Assembly: GCA_003344405.1 (NCBI GenBank)
Contig: NOWV01000013.1
Span: 990,799-1,010,798 of the forward strand
DNA: 20,000 bases
Source of the DNA: Trichoplax sp. H2
Lineage: Eukaryota
Direction of reading: 5' to 3'
The position numbers were made by a program, and so were the translations under genes. Position 1 is the first letter of the stretch. The number at the start of each line of letters is the position of its first letter. Shown here piece by piece: positions 1 through 11,385 of this stretch. The notes beneath the pieces were generated by a model. That model saw only the letters and a list, made by a program, of their open reading frames with translations. It was not told the DNA's origin and made no database searches.

Positions 1-42
1 AAAATAGCTGATGCATTTACTTTGTTTTAAAATGAAACACAG

Positions 43-3000
43 AATCTTGCCAGGGCTGCCTTTGGTAATATGGGTTATTATCTTGCACTAGTCTGCCAGT
101 TTTTATTCCCTTTTCTTGGTTAGTCGATAAAATCGTTTAACCTACGATGGAAATGCTTAAAAGTTCGGAGACTAATTAATATTTAATGTAGAGCAGGACT
201 TGACCAGTTTATAGTGGTTAATGGACGTAAAATGGATAACTAATTGTATTTTATATATGAAAATATTCTAATAATGCTATTAGCCATGATGGGATACCTT
301 GTGGTCATTGGAGACTCATTTACCAGATCATTTCATCATTTAGGTGAGGATTACGCTCAGCTTTTATCATTTTCTAATTTAGCATTCTGATATTTTTCCA
401 CAACAACCACTTTAATATCTGACTATATCAATTCAAGATGATGGAACCGTTGTCCTACAAGATAGACGATTTATTATTAGCATGGCGATGTTGATTATTG
501 CACCACTGTGTTTTTTTAAACGCTTGAAAGACTTAGGAGTGGTAAGCATAAATTCTAATGCTACGTGAATGGAGAAGAAGTAATCATCCATTAGCAATAA
601 TTATTTCGATCTTCTTGGCATGTTGCTTTACTTGCAACTGTTTTCATTCTATTAGCTTATTTAATAAGCAATTAAAGTATATCAAATACTAAAACATAGA
701 GCAAGTATTTTATATAGCCGTCCTTGATTATCTAGGTATCGATGATTTCCTTAATATGTTTAGCCGTCTTAGTGCTGGCAGTTCTTATCCGTATGTCGAC
801 ATTGAAACCGCTAATGTAAGTAGAACTTTATTGCTATCTAGTCTATCTAGCTATCCCATCATAATTGTTATACTATGCCTTGGTTTGATAGCCCAGAAAC
901 TCCTCACGCTTGGCAGTTTGCTACTCTCAATATTCCGCAGGCTATTGGAATTACTGCATTTGGTATGGCATAATATTAGGCTTAGGATATAATTAAAGCA
1001 AAGCCATGGCTAGTACAATTTAAGATGCTGTTACTAAAACATGAGTTATCATTACGTGTTGTTCAATTCCATTTAGAATTGCATCGATGAACTCAAGGCT
1101 CGTGATTTATTGTAATATCTTCAATTTAGGTTTTGTTTGGCATCACAACACATTCCTAATTTACAACTCTTTGAAAAGTAATAGCATGGACAGATTTAAT
1201 GCAATATCGCATGTTTCCATCTCAACAGCACTGGTATTTATGCTTCTTCTTGGCATGGTTGGTTATATTACATTCACAGGAAACACTCAAGGTACACTAA
1301 GCTAAGGGTTATTGTCAATATATACAAGCTAATACAAACTAAATAACCCTTACTATTTCTAACTTTATGAATAATTGTCAATTTTATAACATTTATGGTA
1401 ATCCATAGGTATCTACCTGTATGCAGTCTAGAATTGAGCTAGCTATAATCAAGTTTAACAAGACATTTAAGAGAACAAATATATAGGCTGAATGCTCTAA
1501 TATTTTAAAAAGATTTTATAGCATTTTAGCCGTCACCAATTTCACAAAATTATGGTTTTTGTCTCATTTTCTAGCGGATATTTTGGAGAATTATTGTGAT
1601 GATGATATTCTCATCATTGTGAGCCGATGTTGTTATGCTATCTCTATGATGTTAACTTATCCAATAGAATGTTTCGTATGTAGAAACGTAAGTACTTGTC
1701 ACTTCAATAGAGTAACATTGAGAGTGGATATGGCAATGGAATCTATAGGATATTTTAAATTAGTTAGCAAGTTCTAATTCACTATGACTTTAAAATCGGA
1801 TTTTCTAAAGGTAATCTTAGAATCTATCAAATTTTCAGAGTTAGAGAGAGAATTAATGATATGAATATTGACGTCTATAGATAATTTGCACCATCTTGAA
1901 GACCTTGACCATTATCGACTGTTGAATTTTACATTTATAGATTATACAGATTGCTTTCTTTAGCAATGCAAGAGATTCTATTTGGAGGCACTGCATTATT
2001 ACAGCATTAATTATTTTAGGTACTCTACCGGTACCTTTGATTACCAGGTGTCTTGGATTTGTTCTTGAGCTAAATGTAAGCTCAAAAATGATGTATTTGA
2101 GTATTAATCTATCGCAAGATATAAAATTTTTCTAACGATAAATTGCTGTATTTCTTAATAGGGAATCATTGCTGCAACACCTTTAGGTAATATTATAATC
2201 AACTACTGAAGCGAAGATCTAAATAATACCTTTACACTATGATTTAGTCTTGATAAACCTAAATTATATATAGTAAACACAGACAATGTTACTTCCATTG
2301 CGAGCCTATAGGTTTGACTTTGCAAAGTTAAGTAAATTGCTATTGCATTTCTATGAACAATATATTGCTCAGGCGTTGGGAAAGAGCTAACAGCTACGCA
2401 TGCGAGTAATAACCACATTTGAAGTGTACTTGTAGATTAAGATCCTTTAACTCTCCCTAGTGTACCTATTTTATTGTGTGGACAAGTATACGTATACACG
2501 GTAGATGATCAATGTCGATGGATTGAATAGCCTACCTTAGATTACCATGATATTTAGCTCGTTTAGTGCACATGCTTTATTGTACCTTTCTATAGACGAT
2601 CGAAGTGGATAGATTGATTTACTATAGACTGATATCATATTTCGCCAAAACTTGTTTATGTCCTTATCATAATAATTGGGGGTAGGATGGTGGTTATGGA
2701 TAGGGTTTGAAGCGAAGTACTATGTAATTTACACTACTCATGCGAGTAAATACAGCAAATATTAGAGTATACTACGTTAATATATACGTGTACTTTGATC
2801 AATTTTAATATCTCACTAAAGTACACTAAAGGTGAGCTAAATCACTTTTAAGATTATCGGAGTTTATGTATTTGATTGAATTAGGATTGTCGTGTCACAA
2901 TAACTAATCACGATTCATTGCATGAGTTACTTCCTGAGCTAACGTCTGTTGAGTGTAGATCATTTAGGTGGAGACAGTGGATACTTGTATGGATTCTTCA

Positions 3001-3296
3001 ACTATATATTAAAATTATGGCTACACGTACCACTATCACATTAACAAAATATAATCCCATTATTGCTTTCTATTTCAGTATTTCTTTTCCCTCCAGCTTG
3101 CTTTATCAAACTCTCCACAAAATCAAACTTTTCTATTGAAAAGGTACTTTCTGTGATTATTATCGCCATTGGAATTGGAATAGTTGTAATTGGACTACTT
3201 GTCATGTGGTTAGACTTGGACGGTTGTAATAATTATGATCGCCATTGGTCATGGTGTAATATTAGCATGATCAGCATTAATGGTACGAATGATTAA
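43..3296 (+). CDS. SLC38A11: Sodium-coupled neutral amino acid transporter 11-like (SLC38/Aa_trans family); 5'-partial, 10 exons in window
   Basis: GT-AG exons in consistent phase: 43-118, 284-343, 438-541, 736-815, 892-962, 1130-1291, 1575-1687, 1941-2075, 2162-2186 (25-nt micro-exon), 3079-3296 (TAA). The translation (QFLFPFLAMMGYLVVIGDS; QAIGITAFGFVWHHNTFLIYNSL; GYITFTGNTQADILENYC; LTYPIECFVCR; CLGFVLELNGIIAATPLVFLFPPACFIKLS) follows SLC38A11 as I remember it. The N-terminus lies upstream of the window. Confidence 0.92.
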
Positions 3297-4323
3297 ATGA
3301 AGTTTTAAATTCATTAAGAGCTTCCATAATGCAATTAGACAGTTATTTCCAGCTTTATTTTAATAGCTTTCACAATAACACTCATCAAAATTATTAACTG
3401 AAAATGATATTACTAATAGTAGCTAACATATATTTCTCAGTACTTGTTTTACACAGTCGAAAGTAAAAACTTTCGCTTTTACTAATGTGTCATTGCTAAC
3501 ATCAAGAAACTGGTTTAAAAGAGTACATCTTTTAAATATACCGATTGCCATTATCACCCAACAATCTCTATATACGAGTAGGTTACCGTATGTATCACTA
3601 TACAAGTATACGAATATTTGAAAATACAGTTCTCCAGAGAAGAAAGGCTATATTCAATTTTGCAGATGTGATATCGTTCCAAAGGATAGATATGTCCTAC
3701 TTAGATTAAACAGAATATAAATTGGTGTGTGAGTCAGTGCAAAGATAGAAATTAATTAACATTAGAGAATACAAAGATAAATCTTTATTATATTTGTGTT
3801 TTTGGTGAATGGTATTGTAATGTTAGCTTTGGATCTGTTATTAAATCAATAAAAACTACTAATGTAACATTTTCTAGACGATGTTTATTACTGTTCATAA
3901 TATGAATTTTATTTGGTGATATAATCTACAATACAGAATAATAATATAGATTGTATCCACAATACGATAATATGTAATCTTCAAGACAGTATTGCCAAGA
4001 GTTTTGTAAATTTCCTAAGTCGCTAACGAGTACTTCTTTATACTGCTCCGTATGCTTAGTAGAGCAAACAAAAAAGACTGGAATAGTTCCAATGAAAAGT
4101 AGTAACGATAAATTCTGTATGCCAACAACAACTACTACAGTATATACGTAGACTGGTGATAAGTATAATAAAGCATCGAATTTAATCATATATAGATGAG
4201 AATTGAACCTATCGTTGAAATAGATTCATTTTCCTCAATCGATTAGGCTATTACGTAAGACTATTTAAAAGTCTGCTACCTTTTTGTTAGCCTGCTTCGA
4301 CGTCAATTTCACAGCATTTATGC

Positions 4324-5710
4324 TTAGGCATCTAAGAAAGTAATCAAACCACGATTATTTAGGGCAGCTTTATGTTATCAATAAGTAGCACTTACTTCCG
4401 TTTTGAATGTATTTGAATGGGTTTTTGTTCGCGTAATTGTAGCCAGGTTTTAAACCCTATATGACATAATACTACATTAGGCAATATTCATACTTTGATA
4501 AATGTCAATTTCAAGAGTTTTCTAGAACTAGTACAGTATTAGTATTGATACAATGGAGAAGGCAATGCTCAACTTTGCTCATGTTATCATATTAACTTTA
4601 CTTCAATTATCATTACCATTTCATCCAATCTTCGGACAAAAGCTTCAAAAAAAACCAACTCAACACGTTGGTCTGCAGGGTCTTTGTTGGTAGTGTTGTC
4701 TTTGACGATACGTTGTATTTTTTGAAGAATAGGAGTAGGTAATAAAATTAAATCTTCCTTGCCGGCAGACATAGCACTATATTGCATTTCACAAGCAGAC
4801 ATGAAAAAGTAAGCTCCAGAGAAAGCTTCTTCTACACTTTTACCGGCCGCTAAGAAACCATGATTTCTCAAGAGTAATACATTTTTATCACCAATATCTT
4901 CAACGATACTTTTTCTTTCATTTTCATCGACAGCAATGCCCTGATAATCATGATAACCAATTGGTCCAGGTATCAATGAATCCTGCGTCAGTGGTAAATA
5001 ACCGGTTTTGGTGGATCCAATTGCAGTAGCTTTGGAAGTATGTAAATGGATAGCACAAACAACATCCTTTCTTCCCATATGGATTGCTGAGTGGATAACA
5101 TAGCCAGCCATATTAATGTTAAAGTGAGTAGAGCCAGGATCAATGACATTACCATGTTCATCTACTTTGATAAAGCAAGAAGCAGTCATTTCATCGAAAA
5201 GCAAACCGAAAGGATTAATCAAGAAATGATCTTTATCTTGCGATACACGAGCACTAATATGATTGAAGATGCTATCATTCCAGCCCATTAAAGCGACAAC
5301 CCGATATAAACATGCTAGTTTGATACGTAATTCTTTTTCGCCTTCTTCATATTTTGAAGTATCAACACCAAGGTCGTAATCATTGATTGGTCTTTTGGAG
5401 TAAAAAGTGACAAAAGGGGATGGAAATCCTTGGAAAGATTGCATGTTGACAAATTGAGTGGAGAATTGGTGCAAGTTATGCGTGCAGCTTGGACTTTGTT
5501 TGATGCGTTAATTGCGAGAGCTTGATGAGAAAAGGAACGATTATGGCAATGTTGACGATTTATATAATATCCTACTCATCATGATTGAACACTGTCAATA
5601 CTGTTTCATTATAAGCTGTTCTATACACTATACTACGTTGACTAAAGTAGCAAAGGTTTACCTGGGGTTTTTCCATCGGAAAATGTCAGCAGATCCTTGA
5701 ACTTTGACAT
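4324..5710 (-). CDS. Class II aldolase/adducin head-domain protein (short adducin-like, no long tail)
   Basis: The core exon 5428-4617 encodes PIND..GEKELRIKLACLYR..GW..IFNHISARV..HFLINPFGLLFDEMTAS..IHSAIH..CAIHLHT..LLRNHG, which are adducin/aldolase II motifs. Exon 4456-4396 (GLKPGYNY) matches adducin GYRTGYPY. The parsimonious start is ATG 5710 (exon 5710-5662, phase-1 splice to the TCTTTCCAAG acceptor at 5429); the alternative is in-frame ATG 5444. The 3' end is uncertain: either a splice to 4331-4324 (NA*) or read-on to TAA at 4372-4370. Confidence 0.85.
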
Positions 5711-6384
5711 CTACGGACTGGCGTACAATAGGATTGCATCGAGGGCGGATGCAACTAGATGCAATCATTAATTCGTATTATATACTAGTAAGGTTTAAAT
5801 AAAGCTAAGGTATGCTGAGGTTGGGCTATACTTTTATCAGCATGATTTTCACCAAGGCAACCCCGAGGCCATCTTGCTGACACCGCCTACAGGTACAGTA
5901 CTGTACAATACGGCTAGGTACTATGATGGACTTTAGAAATGGCCGCCTTGTTTTAGCAGCCTAAAAAGTGTGATGCAATCGGATAGACTACTAAAATCTG
6001 CAATTATTGTCATCATCGATGGTACGAGAGTTTGCTTATTTGAATTGAAAAGCCTTTTTGGACTACTACAGAATGGCTGCTTATGGTAGTATCGACACTA
6101 TACTTCCTTTTTGTCTGCATCGTGTACTCAGAGTTTACCTCATTTTGAAATCTTGATTTTGCATACAAGCCCGTACTGTATGTCGTTCCTTGTTGAGTGG
6201 AAATTATTATGTTGTTGTTTACATTCATCTAATTAAACAAACTCGAAAGGTTAAAGGTTTTTGGTTAACCTTTCTCGCTCTTCTGTACAATACCAGGACA
6301 TCATACTATAATCCGTGGGCTGCTCAATATACTGTATAGCAGTATATCAGTTACACGGTGCAATATTCAATGACTTATTGTCGA

Positions 6385-7112
6385 TTGAGTTCTACTAGAC
6401 ATTTTAATTAATGTTTTTCTCAACGCAACAGAAAATAATACATGTATCTACACAATCAATACTCAATTAATACTGTAGTTCTACGTCAGATTTACAATAT
6501 TTATTGATTATAAATATCATTTGAGTACTATATGTGTATAGCTGTACGCAAAACTACTGTAATTAGCTGAAATCACGACAGTAGTCCATGATTTGTACCG
6601 GACATGTACATTAATGTTTCTCGATTGGAACAGAAAATAAAACATGTTTCTGCACGGCAAGTACTCAATATACTGTACGTATTTGTAAGCGTCAAAAAAC
6701 AGGCATTACAGCCAATAAATTGTGGTGCTTACGATAGGCCAGGTAAATGCGGTGTATAAATTCAGTCAAATAGTATATTGTAAAATCATCGACCTTCGCT
6801 TTCGAGCGATTGGGCTGTAGGTTAGTTTATTATCAATATTATTTGAGTATGTATGTAGTCCATCATTCTACCAGATATGTAAATCAATATTCTTGATTGG
6901 AACAAAAATAGAACATGTTTCTGCACAGTCAATACTCAGTAGATGCATAGAGTACTGCACCAAGTATACGAGTACAGTATTCCATTTATTATACAGTCAA
7001 TATCATTAGAGTGTGGATGTACGAGTTAGGGGTTCGCAATCAGCGAATATTCGATCTTGATATGTAAAATAATGTTGCTCTATTGGAATAGGAAATAAAA
7101 TATTTTTCTGCA
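6385..7112. repeat. Degenerate dispersed/tandem repeat, about 4 copies of a ~190-275 bp unit
   Basis: The core 'aatgttt..gattggaacagaaaataaaacatgtttctgcac..aatactca' recurs near 6410, 6613, 6886 and 7071. A second block 'tttatt..aatatcatttgagta' recurs near 6500, 6827 and 6985. Confidence 0.75.
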
Positions 7113-7213
7113 AGTATCCTTATAATCTGCTGAAGATGTTCAACTTCAATGCGATCGCCAACATTCGCAGATACAAGAGACTTCTTTAGCGGAATGTGAA
7201 AGCACTGGTAATG

Positions 7214-7685
7214 ACACGAGCAATCGAGCATATTATGGATAACTTTCTAGGCAAGTGATGTCTCTTTCAAACCCTTTCAACTGTATTAAAGTACCGTAGA
7301 GATAAAATAATAATACGAGCATATTATGGATAACTTTCTAGGCAAGTGATGTCTCTTTCAAACCCTTTCAACTGTATTAAAGTACCGTAGAGATAAAATA
7401 ATAATACGAGCATATTATGGATAACTTTCTAGACCAGTGATGTCTCTTTAAGACACTTTCAACTGTATTAAGCTACCAGAGAGATAAAATAATAGCACGA
7501 GCAATCGAGCATATTATGGATAACTTTCTAGGCAAGTGATGCCTCTTTCAGACACTTTCAACTGTATTAAGCTACCAGAGAGATAAAATAATAACATGAG
7601 CAATCGAGCATATTATGGATAACTTTCTAGGCAAGTGGTGCCTCTTTCAGACACTTTCAACTGTATTAAAATACCAGAGATAAAA
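7214..7685. repeat. Tandem minisatellite, 5 copies, 91/99-bp units
   Basis: GAGCATATTATGGATAACTTTCTAG begins at 7226, 7317, 7408, 7507 and 7606 (periods 91, 91, 99, 99). The units differ by an 8-bp GAGCAATC segment and a few substitutions. Confidence 0.97.
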
Positions 7686-8448
7686 AGAAACAGCAATACT
7701 TTCATCTCTTTGGTATTTACTCCAATATTCATAACAAAACTATCGACAGGTGTAGCTAGCACTCAGGATTTTGGCAAAGTATGATTAAGTAATCTAAAGC
7801 TCTTTAACTGACTATGATGCAAGTATCTGCGGTACAGCGATCCCTTCATCGGTTATGCTGAACCGTTTTAAAATACGCATGCTTTTAGTAAATTGACTAG
7901 ACATCATTATATCAACAAATCCCTGGTTTTCATTTCAATAATATATAACATCCTGATCGGCAATACGAACTAATACGCGTTAATGACATTTGTTAGTTTA
8001 AAGTTGAGCAGTCGTTCATTAAAAACATACTGTACTAACAGGAGTTTCAGTTCTTTATGAATTGTATTACTGAACTGTAAGTTATAAAATTTGAATTAAT
8101 AGTGTAGTTGCTAGTGTATATAAATGACCAACATCCGCAAATCCAGCGTTAGAAATCAGCTTAAATCAATTTCATTGTTTATTTTTTAATTTTATTCCAT
8201 TCTTAATGGGCATTACAAGTCTTATATCTCGACGACAGATAAAATAGAACTACTAAATAGTTGTAGTTGCTTAAGATAATGAAATGCAACAACGCGATTT
8301 TTTAATTAATCATTCACTTAGAATTGCCATATTATTGCTATAAGATGTAGTTATCAACTAGATAGAAATTTTTGTATTTACATTTATAGTACAATTGCAG
8401 TTTGAAAGTTTAGGCTTAGTAGTGAACTTCTTCACTTAGGTCCAGCTA

Positions 8449-11173
8449 CTAGGAACTTGATGGGACGTCTATGGGTTCATTGCTACCTTTATACGCAAAT
8501 TCTAGTGATTTGCAAACAACTTGCATATCATTCTCGATGGTTTTTGCCCAATTCTCTACATCTCCAATTTCCTAGTGAAGTAAGCATAACATTATTAGCG
8601 ATGCTTCAATGGAGAAACCATCAGAATAATTGAAGATGGAGTCGATAATAGTAGCATATCCGCAGTTGTACTGTGTTTTCTTACACGAAACGGCAGTGTG
8701 TAATATAGGGGTATAATCGGACGAAAATTATGTAGATGGGTTTATACTAATAAGCCAGATATTAGGCAGTATTGATATACCGTGATAAAAGCAGTAGGCA
8801 GTTGAAAGGACGATATGCTGAATTCAATAAATATTGCAAATACGAGTACCTTTAAGGATTGATTAAAGCCATCCACCAGTCCCATCCATTGTGATGCAAC
8901 TTTACTGTACTCAGCTGTAAGCGATAAAAATATAATGTTCAAGATATTAATAATTCAGAGATTTCGCAGTTACGAAGTAGTTTATATAATATTTCTGAAC
9001 TGTAATTATTCCGTAAATATTGAAATAAAAGGTAATTTCAAGTCATAGTAGTAGCAGTAGCTGGCTTTGTATAAAAAAACTAGACTTGGAAAGGTGCAGC
9101 AGAAACAACTTACAGGAAAGGAACAATTTTACCTGTATGAATTTGTAACTGCTTCAATTCTTGATCCAGTTTCTTTTGATTTTGGTATGCTGTCGCAACA
9201 CTAATACATCAGGAAATAGTTAGATTCGAGATTTTAGTAATATTATAATTACTATATTTAAAATAAATTCAAAGTCTATGCTGCAAAAAAGTAAAGAAAG
9301 AGGATTCCAGATTGCTCATGGAGTAAGAAATAGCGCTAAATCATTATTAATTACACAAGAGAGAATATGCGTGTATACCCTGTATTCATTTTATCTACCA
9401 AGGCATTTCCAAAGGCTGCGCAAGATTCCATTGCTTCTTTTTTCAACTTTTCTGTAAATCGTAAAATAAGTATCTGTATCAATCAACTTTAACCAAATTG
9501 AGACAGGTCAGGGTTGTAGAAAATTGTATCCACTAGGGTTATAAAATCGTAACTGTACTAACTACTGTGGGTCCTTAGCAGACTATAGCATACTCGTATC
9601 GTGGTATTAGATTGAAATTTTTGTAACAGTTTGGAAAGATGTAAACGACGGCGTTCCATAGAAAGTGAATTTATTTTCGAGAGTTAAATCAAGTTCATTG
9701 GGATATGCAATTCCAGTTTACATCAGTTGTGATTTGATGAGTGCGGATAAGTCAAAATATATAGCGTAGTAATTAATTTAATTATTTATAAGAACATTTT
9801 CAGGTATCAAACGCAGTTAGACTTATCGATTTGCTGCAAATTCTCTAACAGACTGATGTAATCTGGCTAAGAATGGCGTAAACGTTATACATGCTGTGTA
9901 TTTGAATACTGAATGAACGATATTACAACTACTACGTACGCGTGTTCGAGTACTGTATACTGTACACAGCAAGCATACTAAGCGTGACTATTTTTAAGGT
10001 TGAAAACGTTCTTAGGAATAACTGTCATAAAAAATATATTTAACAGCAAATATATACTTGTATACAGTATAGTTTAAACAACTTCATTGAACTTTGAAAC
10101 TGTGCCATTATGGCAGGTAGATTGAATATATTATTAAAGAAGGTAATTGATTGATGCTTGTTCATCAGTTTACACGATAGCGTATTACTTAATCTCTTAC
10201 CTTGGTTTGCAATTGTAAAATTAGGAAATGACAGTTGGACTGCTAACTATTGTACTGCAGATATACAGTATATAACATAGGCAGTTTTAATGGCATATCA
10301 GCATATACTGTACTGTGCAGTTTGCTGTTGAGAAAACAGATAGGATGGGTACTAGGTGAATTGCAATCTGCCGATGTCAACGATGCTTATTAAATATTCG
10401 TAGAATGTTCATTGGTTAGCATTCTTGAGTTCGAATTGTACGATAAGATATCGTCGAAATATTCCACTATTTCAAAGTTTAGAAGATAATCTTCCCTTGT
10501 ACCTGACTGAACTATTCCTTAGTCGTGATATATTCTGTAGACTGTCTTTTTAGAAATGCATCAAGTCTTGGAGGTGTTTCCTGGAATTCACTATGTCATT
10601 TATGTTTTGAATTGTACGTACAAGTGTATTACTTTTTATTCGTTCGATTGTTTACCAGGCTAAAATGAATTCTTCCCATGTGCATCACTAAACTATTCTT
10701 TAGTTGTGATATATCTTATAGGCTGTCAATTCATTATTTTAGACATATTTGTAGCAAGAGGTATTTCATGGAATTGGATATCATCCTGCCATTTAATATT
10801 ATTTTTAATTCATTGTCATTATCCATACGAATACATCACTTTGTCCACTTACTACACGATATGATATTACTGATAGATTGAATTGATGAAATGATCCTTG
10901 AATTATTTTACTCTCTGAACGGAATGAACTGATGAAATGACAGGATTTACGGCTAGTACTCTGTTGTACGAAGGTTTATCCTAGAGAAAACTGCAGCCTG
11001 ATCTAGTTCAATTGGTTTTGCCTTTCTACTCAACATGCCAGTTCGATATTGCCCAAATTGAAGTTGTATCGTATTGGGATAACAATATATCAAATAGACA
11101 GTAGTAATGCACCTTGCTCTTCCTTTGCAGCAGCTTGTTTAGCTTGATGCTTGCGTACAATATTGGATAGCAT
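8449..11173 (-). CDS. BLOC1S1: Biogenesis of lysosome-related organelles complex 1 subunit 1 (BLOS1/GCN5L1), 129 aa, 5 exons
   Basis: Exons 11173-11113, 9451-9379, 9200-9133, 8914-8850, 8571-8449 (TAG) total 390 nt, all GT-AG and in phase. The protein MLSNIVRKHQAKQAAAKEEQEKLKKEAMESCAAFGNALVDKMNTGVATAYQNQKKLDQELKQLQIHTAEYSKVASQWMGLVDGFNQSLKEIGDVENWAKTIENDMQVVCKSLEFAYKG... matches BLOC1S1 (e.g. FNQALKEIGDVENWA). Confidence 0.96.
10506..10775. repeat. Two diverged ~85-bp direct repeats in BLOC1S1 intron 1
   Basis: 10506-10588 and 10687-10775 share 'act.aactattc.ttagt.gtgatatat...t.tag.ctgtc ... ttttaga ... gaggt.tttc.tggaatt'. Confidence 0.8.
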
Positions 11174-11385
11174 CTTCTCTTAATGGCCACCTCGTTGCTG
11201 TTGCAAAATGTTAGCGCTCGATTGCAATAGCCAAAATCAATAATGCGATGAGTACAGGAGTTGATTCTGATGGTATCAAACCGAGCTATAATGATCATCT
11301 GCTACTGCATACAGTATACTACCAGAGTGAGTACCAATACACTACAGTACTGTACACTGTACCGTTACCTTGCAACATTGACAAT

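Noticed and set aside
5315..5571. Programmed -1 frameshift or sequencing indel joining the ATG-5710 frame to the adducin frame
   Set aside because: A normal splice from 5661 to the pyrimidine-rich acceptor at 5429 joins the frames, and there is no canonical X_XXY_YYZ slippery site.
5711..5872. Antizyme-like +1 shift at TGG-TGA, and resemblance of GENHADKIASALDAIL to SAM synthetase GHPDKI
   Set aside because: The shifted frame stops at TAG 5713-5711, and the similarity is too short to mean anything.
7214..7685. CRISPR-like array
   Set aside because: The units are contiguous near-identical copies without unique spacers. The context is eukaryotic and there are no cas genes.
10883..10935. C/D-box-like TGATGA/CTGA cluster
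   Set aside because: It is antisense to the BLOC1S1 host intron, only about 50 nt long, and has no terminal stem.
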